Shown here one piece after another: positions 26,992-36,987 of a DNA stretch of 64,000 nucleotides. Numbering within the stretch: the first letter of the stretch is position 1; every line of letters begins with the position of its first letter. The DNA lies in IMG/VR virus record IMGVR_UViG_2599185236_000001, positions 1 to 64,000 of that record. The stretch is one strand, 5' to 3'. Source of the DNA: a virus (lineage: Duplodnaviria; Caudoviricetes). Under the pieces are notes generated by a model that was not told the DNA's origin, did no database searches, and was given only the letters and a program-made list of their open reading frames with translations. Made by a program: the position numbers and the translations under genes.

Positions 26992-29277
26992 TCACCCGAT
27001 ACGGCGGCAGGACACGTTGTCGATCGAAGCTCCAGCGGACGCCGTTGCGTAGACGGCTACGTCGGTTGACGTTCCATTGGCAGTCATCGTTTCGCTGTAG
27101 GTGCCCGTGGCCATCCTCGTGATCCCATCCACGACTGTGGATCCGACAAAGCGAGGACGCACTCCACCAGTGCCGCTAATTGCCGTAATCGTGTAGGTGA
27201 ACTCATATGACGCACCAGCAACAAGATCGGCTGGTTGTGATATCGCGCTTCCCGTTCCAGAAGCGTGCGCAGCTACGCCGCCGCCTATCGACCAGCCCGC
27301 GCCTTTCGACCAAACGCTATCCGACGAAAAGGCGCCATTGATGACGAGGTTTTGTCCAGGAACTGTCGAAATCACGTTGGCTGTGACCGACCAATCGCCG
27401 TAGCTACCGCCGCTCTCTTTGAAAGCGACCTGAACGTCTAGATTCTGGTTGCTAGGGACAACGTTGGTATTCAGATTAACAAACCCTCCGGAGGCCGAAG
27501 AGTCGGGAAATTCTTGAGATACCCAAGCTCCAGGCTGACCGTCGCCACGATCGGCAAGGCGATACCGGACGACAGGCGTGTAACTGTCTTCCTCCGGGTC
27601 GATGATGACGACGCGAACATAGACGCTCTGTCCACTCGCTCTAGCTTGAACCAGATTGATAACGGGGGTGAGAATGCCGACGACATTCGGCTTTGGCGGG
27701 ACAGGAGGCTGCTGCCCCTCGTCTACCGCTGGGTTCCAAGCGTCGATGTTGTCGGGGTGCTTCACGAAGTCCATAGAGAAGCCGCCCTTGGAGGGCGCGA
27801 ATACTGAACTTCGGTTCTCGATCAGCTTTCCGTTTAGGCGCGGCAGCCGCATAGGCGTTGCCAGCCTTACCCACCGGGCATAGACCGCATTGATGCCTGA
27901 CGTGCGGACGTTGATCGTCCCTCTTGCCTTTTCCAGGACACGCAACCAGTCACGCTTGCCGAGCTGTCGGGCCTGCCGCCAGTCCTGGCACCACTGGTAG
28001 TTTGCCTCCTTGGGGAGAACCCTGCCCGATGTCAGCTGCCGATCGACGTCCTCGAAGAAGTCAGTGTCTGTCGTCGTGTAGTCTGTCGCGGGATAGGTGA
28101 ACTTCGGAACGAGGCGATTGATTTCCTCGTCAAACGGCACGTCCTCTTGGATCTGATGGCCGACGATATCCGTATCCGACAGCGTCACGACGCGGCTCTC
28201 ACGGAACTTACCGACCGTGAGGATACGGGCGCCGTCGCCACGGGCCACCAAGTGACCGTCGCAGGTTGCGAGGATAGCGTTCAGTCCGGATTTGGGACCG
28301 TTCTCTGTCGTATCGTAGCCGTTGCACTGGTAGCGCTTGTGAGTACCACCGCCGGCGTTCGGCACGTCCTCGTCGCAAATGTCGGCCTCCTCCTTCCACA
28401 AATCGAGGACGGGCAAGAGCGCCTTGCGGTAGTCGAGCCGGAAACCGAACTCATTGAAGCATAGATGCCAGGCGCAGATCACCGCGCTGTTTTGCGTCCA
28501 CTTCCATGTAGCTGGATTAGTCGGGCTCTGCGTCGGGTCTCGGAAATCCCAGCATAGCGCATCGTCACTCTCGACTGACAGCATCGGGATGCCGTAAGGA
28601 AAGCGCTTTTGCTGGTTCTTGGCCTTGGTCGCAGACGCCCTGATGAAAAGAGATGCCTGACCGTCGCCGCGGTGGTTGTTGGTCCACAAGCCAGTCGACG
28701 AGAACCTAGACACCGCATCGGCGTAGGCCGTCTCTACCGGCAGCCCGAGGCGAGTTTCGATCCTGACGCTATCGCTCGCGTATCGTTTGCTGAGCCCATT
28801 GACGTAGCCGTCCGGCTTGACCGTCACTTCGTCGTCATGCAGCCAGAATCGATTGACGGACCTGATGCGATGGCCGCGAAGAGCCTGCACCATATAGGCA
28901 GTGACTTCGTTCTCGCTGGACTCGAAGAACATGAAGGCGCCGGCGCTGCGGTTTCTTCCGACGCCCCAGATACGGTACGGAATCGCCTGCTGTAGCGGAA
29001 ACTTACCGTTCTCCGGCTTCGGTGGCTCCGGCATCATCATCGCCTGGATGCCGATGGTCAGGGCTGTCGTTGCGATTGCGGTCGAGAGACCTACAGCAAC
29101 GTTGAGTGCCGTTCCGGTAAGACCGATGCCACTAAAAACAGCCGTAAATAGTGGCGTGAAAATCGGATCTCGGCGCGCGATCGGGTACATCACAGTCGTG
29201 CGACGGATCGCGTAGTCCCAGATCTCTCGCTGGAATGCCAGGTCGTAGCGGTGCGTATAAAAGCGCTCGTCTCTCAC
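26992..29277 (-). CDS. central tail / host-specificity protein with C-terminal carbohydrate-binding-like module
   Basis: position after NlpC; GRNRSAG, N-x-AVICAW, R-Y-x-CNG; NLVINGAFSSDSVW C-domain. Confidence 0.78.
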   Translation of the reverse strand: MRDERFYTHRYDLAFQREIWDYAIRRTTVMYPIARRDPIFTPLFTAVFSGIGLTGTALNVAVGLSTAIATTALTIGIQAMMMPEPPKPENGKFPLQQAIPYRIWGVGRNRSAGAFMFFESSENEVTAYMVQALRGHRIRSVNRFWLHDDEVTVKPDGYVNGLSKRYASDSVRIETRLGLPVETAYADAVSRFSSTGLWTNNHRGDGQASLFIRASATKAKNQQKRFPYGIPMLSVESDDALCWDFRDPTQSPTNPATWKWTQNSAVICAWHLCFNEFGFRLDYRKALLPVLDLWKEEADICDEDVPNAGGGTHKRYQCNGYDTTENGPKSGLNAILATCDGHLVARGDGARILTVGKFRESRVVTLSDTDIVGHQIQEDVPFDEEINRLVPKFTYPATDYTTTDTDFFEDVDRQLTSGRVLPKEANYQWCQDWRQARQLGKRDWLRVLEKARGTINVRTSGINAVYARWVRLATPMRLPRLNGKLIENRSSVFAPSKGGFSMDFVKHPDNIDAWNPAVDEGQQPPVPPKPNVVGILTPVINLVQARASGQSVYVRVVIIDPEEDSYTPVVRYRLADRGDGQPGAWVSQEFPDSSASGGFVNLNTNVVPSNQNLDVQVAFKESGGSYGDWSVTANVISTVPGQNLVINGAFSSDSVWSKGAGWSIGGGVAAHASGTGSAISQPADLVAGASYEFTYTITAISGTGGVRPRFVGSTVVDGITRMATGTYSETMTANGTSTDVAVYATASAGASIDNVSCRRIG

Positions 29278-29675
29278 GGGGAATACCTCCACGCAGCGAC
29301 GTGCTGCAGTGCCTTGGCCGACGCACCGCGCGGGCCGAGGACCGCCCAAAGCGGCCCGAAACGAATTGCTGAAACCTCGGCAAACTCGCCGCCGATTGGC
29401 GCGAGAACGACGCCGACGTCGCCGTCATGAGGCGCGTCAGTGCGAAGGAATTTGCGAGGGGAAAGGATCTGTTCGGCAAATCCGACGATGCCGCCTGCCT
29501 CGGCGAGAATGGCGTCGGCGCCCTCCTTCGAGGTGTAGCTGCCCCGGTAATTCAGGGCTGGGTCGAAGCCCCATCGACGGTTGATCCACGTCGCACAGAA
29601 TGTCGTGCAGTCGTCGCCACCCACCCCGCCCCACCGAAACCGGTGAGGCAGGCTGAGGAACTCAAGAAGTTCCAT
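29274..29675 (-). CDS. NlpC/P60-like tail protein (DUF6950-like)
   Basis: FRWG...DCTTFCATW...Y-R-G-S-Y...GDVG. Confidence 0.75.
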   Translation of the reverse strand: MELLEFLSLPHRFRWGGVGGDDCTTFCATWINRRWGFDPALNYRGSYTSKEGADAILAEAGGIVGFAEQILSPRKFLRTDAPHDGDVGVVLAPIGGEFAEVSAIRFGPLWAVLGPRGASAKALQHVAAWRYSP

Positions 29676-29689
29676 CGATCACCTGAAGA

Positions 29690-30292
29690 TTAGTAGCCGA
29701 GGCCCCACGAGGGCTGCACGCCGCGCCCGTAGCGGGAAGTGTTCTTGCAAAAGTCGTCGGTCGACGAGAGCGCCCGCTGCTGCGGCTGCGACCAGAGAGT
29801 GCGAGCGGGAATTGAACGCGTGGCCTCGCCGGTGACGACAGTCAAAGACAGCGTGATGCTAGGCGACTGGTCGCCCGTGGCGGTCGGAGAAGCCTCGCCA
29901 GTATGAGAAGCCGTTCCTTCCCAGATCGGGATGATGGCGCTCATCGGCTGGAAATATTGATCGAGCGTCGTGATGCCGAGCGTGACATTGGCACCGCGCA
30001 CCGCAGGGATGCTGTCCATCGTCTTTGCCGCAGTCGCCGGATCGATTCCGGAGAGCGTGAACTCGACGCTGTCCGCCGTGCCGTTCACCAGCACCTCGAG
30101 CGTCGGCAGCCCAATGAGGCGCCCTCCTCCGAGGTAAACCGTGCCTTCTGGATCGATGCTGTCGAAGCCGGCGGGGATGTCGTTGACGCCAAACCAGATG
30201 TGCAGCGCCGGATCGGTATCGATCCGCAGGAATATCCCTAGCTGGTGACTTCCTTGCAGCTCGTCGATGATGTGGTCTGGAACCCAACCCAT
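29690..30292 (-). CDS. minor tail (tip hub) protein
   Basis: position and YLGGG-x-LIGLP motif. Confidence 0.65.
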   Translation of the reverse strand: MGWVPDHIIDELQGSHQLGIFLRIDTDPALHIWFGVNDIPAGFDSIDPEGTVYLGGGRLIGLPTLEVLVNGTADSVEFTLSGIDPATAAKTMDSIPAVRGANVTLGITTLDQYFQPMSAIIPIWEGTASHTGEASPTATGDQSPSITLSLTVVTGEATRSIPARTLWSQPQQRALSSTDDFCKNTSRYGRGVQPSWGLGY

Positions 30293-31011
30293 CAGAAGGC
30301 CTCGGAAAACTGGATGTTTTGCTGAATGGAGTAAAATGCCTCCGAAACAGATGGCAGCGTAAAGCCGGCCCTGAACTTTGCGGCGAAACGCGGCCGAGCA
30401 AACTCGACACGAGTGCCTGACGGCGTTGCCTCGCGCAGAGGGATCGAAAGAGCCAGTGTGTAAACCGGGTTCGTCTCGCTGGTGACATCCAGGACGTCCC
30501 AATACCGATATGCGCGCCAGCCTTTAGCGGTCTCGTGATAAATCGAGAACCAGTCCGACCAACGAAGCGGCCGTGAGAGGCCGTAGACCCGCATCTTGAT
30601 GATGCCGGCGTTGAGCCCCGCCGACTGAACAAGCTCTCCGTAAACCGTGGCCTGGCTGTATCCTGATCCGTCGCTAAAGTAGGCGCCGTCGGAGTGCGGA
30701 ATGCCGCCGATCGTCGGCCGCTTGCCAGCGAACGGACCCCACCAATCGGTGATGATCGGCACGTTGATGAAGCGGAAGCCGCCAGTCAGCCTTGCGCCGA
30801 GCCAGTTGATATATTCGAACTGCTCCGGCTCGGTGATCTTGCATTCCTCGTAAGTGGAGGAGAGAGCCCCTCCTCCACTCATCTGGATTTCGATCGTCTC
30901 GCCCGTCCCGCTGCGCCCGCCGTCAACCGATGAGCCCATCACGTCGACAGAGGTGCGTAGCGGAGCAAGAAAGTCCGCCTCAAGAGTCGGCAGATTCAGG
31001 AATTTGGCCAT
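30292..31011 (-). CDS. distal tail protein
   Basis: directly downstream of tape measure. Confidence 0.65.
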   Translation of the reverse strand: MAKFLNLPTLEADFLAPLRTSVDVMGSSVDGGRSGTGETIEIQMSGGGALSSTYEECKITEPEQFEYINWLGARLTGGFRFINVPIITDWWGPFAGKRPTIGGIPHSDGAYFSDGSGYSQATVYGELVQSAGLNAGIIKMRVYGLSRPLRWSDWFSIYHETAKGWRAYRYWDVLDVTSETNPVYTLALSIPLREATPSGTRVEFARPRFAAKFRAGFTLPSVSEAFYSIQQNIQFSEAF

Positions 31012-31013
31012 CC

Positions 31014-34000
31014 TCAGCCTTTCATCGAAGTGAACTTTTGCTGGTTTGAGCCGAAGCCCGATCGCTGCTGCGACTGGTTGTATTGGCCGAGACCGTCGCT
31101 CACGCCCTGTTGAACAAGCATCCGGACATGATCATCGCCATTGGCGCCGTCTATGCGGACCACTAAGACGCCGGGCTGTCCGTTGTCGTTGGCTGCCGCT
31201 CGCGGGGAGCGCAGTGCGGGTGCCGATGGAACCGACGCGGGCGTCACAAGACCGCCCTCAGCGAAGCGCCCAACCTGGCCGCTGTTGATGGCGCGCAGGA
31301 GTGCGAGGTGCTTCTTGGTAGCGCTGGCACGTACGACGAACTCGCCATTCGAAAGCATCGCAGGGATGCTGTCGCTGGTGCCCGTCCCGGGACCGCGGAC
31401 ATCGCCGCCATCGGCAAATAGGCCGACCATTGGCGTGTACTTGGCGATCTGCGCGGCACTCAACCCGCCTCCAAAGAGGCCGGAGAAAATACCGCCAAGC
31501 CCGCCGACGCCGCCGCCGCCGCTTGGGGCGGATGGGGCTGCCGGAAAGAAGCTTGTCGAAAGCTGGCCCAGTTGGCCAAGGCCCTGCGTTGCTGCGCCTG
31601 AACTATCGGCAAGCTTGCCGAGCGCATCGGCCGCGCTAGTAGCGCGCTTCACCTGAAGTTCGGATGCGTTGACCCAAGCATTGGTGACAGCGTTGCCCGA
31701 ATTGCCCGATAGCATCTCAAGCTGCAGTTGCCCGCCGGCCATACGGGTCGATCCGGTTGCGAGGCCGACATGTCCGCCTGCCTGATCGGCACCAAGGCCG
31801 CGCGACTGCAAAAGCACGTCGCCGCGGAGAACCTGGCCGGGATCGACGGCCGAGCCCCAGTTCTGGAACGAGTTCGCGGTCAGCGAGCCAGAGCCCTTGA
31901 CGCCGATTTGCTCGAGCGAAGAGTTGACGAAGGCCGCACACCAAGCGGTCTGTGCCGCATTGATGTCGACGCCGCCCTGTTTCAGGTAGGCGTTGATTGA
32001 TCCCGCATTGCTACGCTCGTTGGCGCCGAGGAGCGCCGAGGCCTTGTCGACCGCGCCTCCGGCGCCTGCGCCCGCGGTCTTGCCGCCAAAAACGCTCGAA
32101 AGAAGTCCGCCACCCAAGGATGTGGCGCTGCTACCGATCGGCGAACCATTTCCGCCGCCAGTCATGATAGCTTTGAACAACTGACCAAGTACGTTCGACA
32201 GCTGCTTCTGCGCGGTATCCTTAAGCTCATTGAGGAAGACCTCGCCGAACGCCTTGCCGATATCGCCGCCGCTGTTCACGATGCCATTTGCTAGGCTGTC
32301 AGCGAATTGATCGATCGCCTCGTTCTGTCGCTCAAGCTGTTGCGACTGCCTGATCTGGCCAGCCTCCTGGCTGTTCATATCGGTCGGTAGGCCGTACTGC
32401 TTGAGCGTCGTATAGATCTGTTGATCCTGCGACGTCATCGAGTTGTAACGACGCTGCTCCAGCAGATCCTGCGACAGCTTGGCCTTGGCCAACTCGGCCG
32501 AATACTGCTTGTAGAGCGCGACTTTCTTCTCTAGCTCGGCGCGCTGCGCCTCACTGAGGGACCGGCCTTTGTCCTCGGCCTGCTGGAATAGATCCAGCGC
32601 GAACCGCGCGGTGTCTGCTTCGATACCGAACTTGCCGAGAAGGTCGATCTCCTGCTGCATCTGCGCGAGGCGATCGTCTGCCGACTTTTTCAGGTCGCGG
32701 TATGCATTGGCGGATCGCTGGGCGGCTGTCTCGGCTTTCTTGTCGGTAGGCAGTGCCTCAAGCTCGCGCAGGGGTCTACCCTGCGGTACAGGACCAACCT
32801 CCGGCGTCATGAAGCCGGGGTTTTGGATATTCTCGTCCCAAGGCTGAGCGTTGGTTTCCGGCTTGCCTGTCGCAGGATTATAACTGCGCCAGGTCGTTAC
32901 CGGCAAATTGCGGCTAGCCGCATCGTTTACCTTGCCCACGTTCTCGGATGCCGACAGAGCGGATGTCGACAGCTCGTCAAACATCTTCTTCCAGTCGGCG
33001 AGAGCAGGAATACCCGAGCTGTTGATTGCTGCGGCAAGGGCATCCTGTACGCTCTTGACGTCTTGCGCCTCCAGCTTTCCATCTGCCGCAGACTTAGCGA
33101 ACTGCTCAAAAGCGGACTGCAGCCGCTTGATGACCTCGTCTGCCTCCCCGGCAGATCGAAGGTCTTGAACGAGTGCGGAGACAGAAATGCGAGCATCTTC
33201 TAGCTGCTTCTTTGTGTCTTCGAGAGTCTTCTCGTTGATCAGGGCCACGCCAGCCTTAAGGTCGGCCGCATCCTGCGCCCGCGCCAATTGCTCGGCGTAT
33301 TCCCTAAGCGCGGGGACCGCGTCGCCCCATTTGTCGGCGACCGACTGGATAAGCTGCGCTTGCTCCTTGAGCTTCTCCGACGCGCTATTGCTATCGGAAA
33401 GGACGCCGGAGAAGTAAGCTACGGCCGCCGCAGTCGCACCAATCGCCCCAATTGTGATAAGCGATATGGGATTGACCAACTGCATGAAGGCGCCAGCGAC
33501 AGCTGGACCAATACGCTCGCCGCTCGCTCGAATGTCGTTGAAGACTTGCGCGACCTGCGGACCCTGCTGGAGGGCAACGGTATACCATGGCATGAATGCC
33601 GCAGTAGCGGCTACGTCGAAGCCCTGCGCAGCAAGGTTGGACGTGTTGAACGAATTTCCACGGCTCATTGTGACCGTGGCTTGCAGTGCCTGATTTCGAC
33701 CCTTGATTGCCGCAGTCGATGCCAGGGCAGCCTGTCGTTCGCGCGAAATAGCCGTAGCCATCTCGTCAGCCGAGATCGCGCCTAGAGCATGCGCCCGCTT
33801 GATGTCTGCGACGGCCGACTTGTAGTTGTTGATCGTGTTGAACAGAGGCGAGTAGCGAGCACGAAGGCGCTCAAGCTCTTTGCCTTGGTCGGCGAGTGCG
33901 CCGGTCCATTCTTTAGCGGCGCTGGTTCCGATCCCAACCATGCCGTTGATGCGATTCTGTAGGCTGGTGGTCAGGGAGCTGTCGACCGAACGACCAACGT

Positions 34001-34130
34001 TGTCGAACTGCTTCTTGACCGATCCAGCAAGCGTGCCGAGATCTTGCTCGATGCGCTTGATGCTGCGGCGAAGTGTAGCTTGGTCGGTCGAAATGCTGAT
34101 AATCAGGTCATCGGAGTTATCGACCGCCAT
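31014..34130 (-). CDS. tape measure protein with TIGR02594/CHAP-like domain
   Basis: 1038 aa helical; NLAAQGFDV...QQGPQ lambda-type motif; TAWCAAFVN...GGHVG...SGN. Confidence 0.92.
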   Translation of the reverse strand: MAVDNSDDLIISISTDQATLRRSIKRIEQDLGTLAGSVKKQFDNVGRSVDSSLTTSLQNRINGMVGIGTSAAKEWTGALADQGKELERLRARYSPLFNTINNYKSAVADIKRAHALGAISADEMATAISRERQAALASTAAIKGRNQALQATVTMSRGNSFNTSNLAAQGFDVAATAAFMPWYTVALQQGPQVAQVFNDIRASGERIGPAVAGAFMQLVNPISLITIGAIGATAAAVAYFSGVLSDSNSASEKLKEQAQLIQSVADKWGDAVPALREYAEQLARAQDAADLKAGVALINEKTLEDTKKQLEDARISVSALVQDLRSAGEADEVIKRLQSAFEQFAKSAADGKLEAQDVKSVQDALAAAINSSGIPALADWKKMFDELSTSALSASENVGKVNDAASRNLPVTTWRSYNPATGKPETNAQPWDENIQNPGFMTPEVGPVPQGRPLRELEALPTDKKAETAAQRSANAYRDLKKSADDRLAQMQQEIDLLGKFGIEADTARFALDLFQQAEDKGRSLSEAQRAELEKKVALYKQYSAELAKAKLSQDLLEQRRYNSMTSQDQQIYTTLKQYGLPTDMNSQEAGQIRQSQQLERQNEAIDQFADSLANGIVNSGGDIGKAFGEVFLNELKDTAQKQLSNVLGQLFKAIMTGGGNGSPIGSSATSLGGGLLSSVFGGKTAGAGAGGAVDKASALLGANERSNAGSINAYLKQGGVDINAAQTAWCAAFVNSSLEQIGVKGSGSLTANSFQNWGSAVDPGQVLRGDVLLQSRGLGADQAGGHVGLATGSTRMAGGQLQLEMLSGNSGNAVTNAWVNASELQVKRATSAADALGKLADSSGAATQGLGQLGQLSTSFFPAAPSAPSGGGGVGGLGGIFSGLFGGGLSAAQIAKYTPMVGLFADGGDVRGPGTGTSDSIPAMLSNGEFVVRASATKKHLALLRAINSGQVGRFAEGGLVTPASVPSAPALRSPRAAANDNGQPGVLVVRIDGANGDDHVRMLVQQGVSDGLGQYNQSQQRSGFGSNQQKFTSMKG

Positions 34131-34140
34131 GCGAGCATCC

Positions 34141-34172
34141 TAAAAAGAAGGCCCGCGTGGTGGCGGGCCTTG
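34141..34172 (-). terminator. hairpin terminator next to inverted moron
   Basis: AAGGCCCGC-gtggtg-GCGGGCCTT with A-tract on left. Confidence 0.5.
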
Positions 34173-34179
34173 GAGGTGT

Positions 34180-34422
34180 GTGGTGAAACTATCGATAGGA
34201 TTGGCGCTGCTAGTCAGCGCGACATCAACGTATGCGCAGGCGCTACCGCCTGTACCGAAGGACGACGATACGCATGCCGCCAAGGCACACGCATGCGCTG
34301 TGGCCATCAGTGAGGTCTACGGATGGCAGCTTGGTCCGGCAAAACGTCTCCGAGATTGGTGCCGCCAAAATGACTTCATCACATACAAACAGCAGCTCGA
34401 AGCTGAGAGGATGGTGCGCTAA
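34180..34422 (+). CDS. small secreted protein (moron, opposite strand)
   Basis: signal peptide ending STYA; three Cys. Confidence 0.55.
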   Translation: MVKLSIGLALLVSATSTYAQALPPVPKDDDTHAAKAHACAVAISEVYGWQLGPAKRLRDWCRQNDFITYKQQLEAERMVR

Positions 34423-34661
34423 CCAAACCTAGCCAGCAGCGCGGCCATTTCGTTCTCGGTCGGCGCCGCAGTCGACTTCTCAGTCTCGCCGCCCTGTGCG
34501 TCGTTGTGGCCGTTAATGGCCTCAAAGAACTCAGTCATGGTCGACGACCAGAAGTCGGCAGGCCTCCACTTGAGGCCGCCGATCCCGATGCGCATCCATT
34601 GCCGCCAAGGGAATGGATCTTCTTTCGCTACGCCGCCTGACTGGCGGCTTCCGCGTTTCCC
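34419..34661 (-). CDS. tail assembly chaperone, T part (frameshift product)
   Basis: PFPWRQWMRIGIGGLKWRPADFWSST; -1 frame relative to G gene. Confidence 0.75.
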   Translation of the reverse strand, partial: GKRGSRQSGGVAKEDPFPWRQWMRIGIGGLKWRPADFWSSTMTEFFEAINGHNDAQGGETEKSTAAPTENEMAALLARFG

Positions 34662-34987
34662 TCGTCTTCTCCATCGAAATGGTGAGCGAGGACGGCCATG
34701 AAGGCGATGCGACATGCACCGAAGTGCTTAAGCTTAAGCTTGTGAATTGCCTCGAGCGGCTTGCCCTTTACGGTCAGGAGCTCGATGCCGGCCACCGTAG
34801 CGGCCGCCTCCACGTCCGACAGACGGAGGAATAGGTCATTCAGCGACTTGCACTGCAGGCGCGTGGATACGGCCGACAGGCGGCCCATCTCTGCGGCAAG
34901 CACAAGCGGCACGTCGTCGACCCACAGCGATACCTCGCCGCGGGCCTCGTTGACGTCCAAGGGGAAAGGCTTCTCCTCTACAGCCAT
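34628..34987 (-). CDS. tail assembly chaperone (gpG-like)
   Basis: NEARGEVSL...LAAEMG; follows tail tube gene. Confidence 0.8.
   Translation of the reverse strand: MAVEEKPFPLDVNEARGEVSLWVDDVPLVLAAEMGRLSAVSTRLQCKSLNDLFLRLSDVEAAATVAGIELLTVKGKPLEAIHKLKLKHFGACRIAFMAVLAHHFDGEDEGNAEAASQAA
34655..34661 (-). other. -1 programmed frameshift slippery site G-GGA-AAC
   Basis: in-frame XXXYYYZ heptamer near end of G; the -1 frame is open into T. Confidence 0.75.
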
Positions 34988-34990
34988 CGA

Positions 34991-35422
34991 TTATGCCTCC
35001 GCCGTGAATTCAAGCGGCGCAGCGGCTTCGAACGTCGCGCTGAACTGAAGGTCGTTTTCCATATCGCCGGTTGCCTGGAAGTTCGTCACGAAGAACGAGC
35101 CTTCGAAGGTGCCGAGGCCTGGGACGATGACTTGAGCGTTGAAGACCGTCGCCTCGATGACGTGAACCATGAAGGCCTTCATGGCGACGCTCGATACGAA
35201 CGTGCCGGAGCCCTGGAATGTGCGGCTGACAATGCCCGGCCGACCGGTCTTCTGGACCGCCTCACCGGGATTGGTGCAGCTTGGTTTGGTCGTGTCGACC
35301 GAATTCGCCGAGAGATCGAAGCTGCGATCCTTCAGGCCGCAAAGGTTAGAGAATACCTCTGGATCGAGGCCATTTCCGAGTTTGATGAGCAGCAGTCTGC
35401 CGAGCTGTTCGCCGAGCGCCAT
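34991..35422 (-). CDS. major tail tube protein
   Basis: LLLIKLGNG...VDTT...GSGTF...VPGLGTFEGSF. Confidence 0.88.
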   Translation of the reverse strand: MALGEQLGRLLLIKLGNGLDPEVFSNLCGLKDRSFDLSANSVDTTKPSCTNPGEAVQKTGRPGIVSRTFQGSGTFVSSVAMKAFMVHVIEATVFNAQVIVPGLGTFEGSFFVTNFQATGDMENDLQFSATFEAAAPLEFTAEA

Positions 35423-35452
35423 GAGATACTCCAGATGTAAGAGATGCGCCGG

Positions 35453-35860
35453 CTAGGCCAGCGGTTTGTGAACCGAGGCCACGAGTTCGATGACTGCGTG
35501 GCTCGTAAGGCCGTCAGCGTCGCGGAACGTCCGCGAGGTACGGCAAAGGATGGACACCAGCCGATAGGACGGCAGGGTCAGAGGCGCGAGATGAAGGCTT
35601 TCCTTCACCGCCGACGCGATGCGTTTGACTTCCGGATATCCGACTGCCTGCGACCATGCGTGCAGGGTCAGGTAGACCTTTTCACCGGTGACGCATTCGA
35701 CGTCATCCTGGATGGACTGCGCCTCACCGATCGTCACGTAGGGGAACGTCACCGGTGACGGCGGCTGGTCGTAGACGCGCTTGCTGACGAGCGCCGTGAG
35801 CAGCACGTCAGCGCGAAGGCGCGTATTCACCGCGCCCTGTAGTTCAAGTTCGGCTGACAT
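35453..35860 (-). CDS. tail terminator (DUF3168)
   Basis: VYDQPP...FPYVTIG...LHAWS...D-x-DG-x-T-x-HA. Confidence 0.85.
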   Translation of the reverse strand: MSAELELQGAVNTRLRADVLLTALVSKRVYDQPPSPVTFPYVTIGEAQSIQDDVECVTGEKVYLTLHAWSQAVGYPEVKRIASAVKESLHLAPLTLPSYRLVSILCRTSRTFRDADGLTSHAVIELVASVHKPLA

Positions 35861-35862
35861 CG

Positions 35863-36351
35863 CTACCCTCTGCGGGCCTCGCGCACCGCCTTATTGACCG
35901 CAGCGAGAATCATCCGCCGAATTCTCGGCTTGGCTGCTCGGTAGGTCGGAAAGATGTGAGGCTGCGCCGGCATACCGGGGTGCATCTTGACCTGCGAAAT
36001 GGTCGCCTGCTTTTTGCCCGCGACAGTTCCGCCGCCTTTTGTCGTGTAGTGCGGAGCCGTACCGAACTCGAGAAAGCGCCATATGAACTTGGCGAAGATG
36101 CCAGTGGCGCCGGGATCCTTGGTCGCTCGCGTGCCGACCTGCTCTTGGGCCGGACGGCTCGACAGTAAATCGCCGTCGATGCTCTCCATGTAGTCGAGCG
36201 TCGCTCCGGTTGGAGCGCGACTGCGAATCTCGTCGGCCAGCATGTCGGCGGCTTTGAGTTTCGCCTCGGCGGTGTACTTCTCGACGTTCGGCGCCAGCTG
36301 GTTAAGCCGGCGCATAAGAGCGTCGCGGCCGCGCAGCTCGGCGGTCATCAT
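35863..36351 (-). CDS. HK97 gp10-like tail completion protein
   Basis: APTG...WRFLEFGT...MPAQP. Confidence 0.85.
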   Translation of the reverse strand: MMTAELRGRDALMRRLNQLAPNVEKYTAEAKLKAADMLADEIRSRAPTGATLDYMESIDGDLLSSRPAQEQVGTRATKDPGATGIFAKFIWRFLEFGTAPHYTTKGGGTVAGKKQATISQVKMHPGMPAQPHIFPTYRAAKPRIRRMILAAVNKAVREARRG

Positions 36352-36692
36352 GCCGCTTCACCCTGCGTCGCCAGAATATCGATGGTGCGATTCTTCTGAT
36401 CCATGTCGGCGACTGACGTGATGTTGAAAATTCGGAACGGATCGCGCTTGTCGACGATGCGCCAAGCCGTCGTGACGTCTCGCGCCGCGGCGCAGCTCGG
36501 AATGCGAACGACGTATGGCTGAGTGCCTGTGAGGCGCGCCGCGATAACGGGCTCGCTGCCCTTCATCGGAATGAGCTCGGCGGTAGTCTCGAAGACCGTG
36601 GCGAACGCGTCCGACTGTGGATTGCCGTACTCATCTTCTCCCTCGCCCCGCTTCTGCATCAGCAGACGCTGGCGTCGAGCGCCGGCACTCAT
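36348..36692 (-). CDS. head closure protein (SPP1 gp16-like)
   Basis: AGARRQRL...DEYGNP...WRIVD. Confidence 0.8.
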   Translation of the reverse strand: MSAGARRQRLLMQKRGEGEDEYGNPQSDAFATVFETTAELIPMKGSEPVIAARLTGTQPYVVRIPSCAAARDVTTAWRIVDKRDPFRIFNITSVADMDQKNRTIDILATQGEAA

Positions 36693-36811
36693 GCGCGCCA
36701 GCCCCAGATCTTCCACGCGAAGTTCACTGCGGATGCCCAGCTTTCGCCGAGATCAGCGCCGATCTTCACGTCGAGCACGAATTGGTGCGCTGACTGAGCA
36801 AACTTGATCAT
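36689..36811 (-). CDS. small hypothetical protein
   Basis: ATGA overlaps at both ends, 40 aa. Confidence 0.4.
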   Translation of the reverse strand: MIKFAQSAHQFVLDVKIGADLGESWASAVNFAWKIWGWRA

Positions 36812-36987
36812 TTCGGCCTCTTTGGTGCTGGGACTTTCGACGCAGCGCCTTTGGCGACGGCATCGTTGGCGCAATCGCGCGTCACGGAATAGCGACCGTC
36901 CTTGTGTGGGCCGCCGTCAGCCTTGTAGGCAATGCTCGTGCCCGGCGTGGCTTTCCAGACGTGGCGGCGTGTAAAGCGGACCCACAT
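36808..36987 (-). CDS. small hypothetical protein
   Basis: MWVRFTRRHVWK...; TGATG overlap; 59 aa (below ORF-track cutoff). Confidence 0.55.
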   Translation of the reverse strand: MWVRFTRRHVWKATPGTSIAYKADGGPHKDGRYSVTRDCANDAVAKGAASKVPAPKRPK

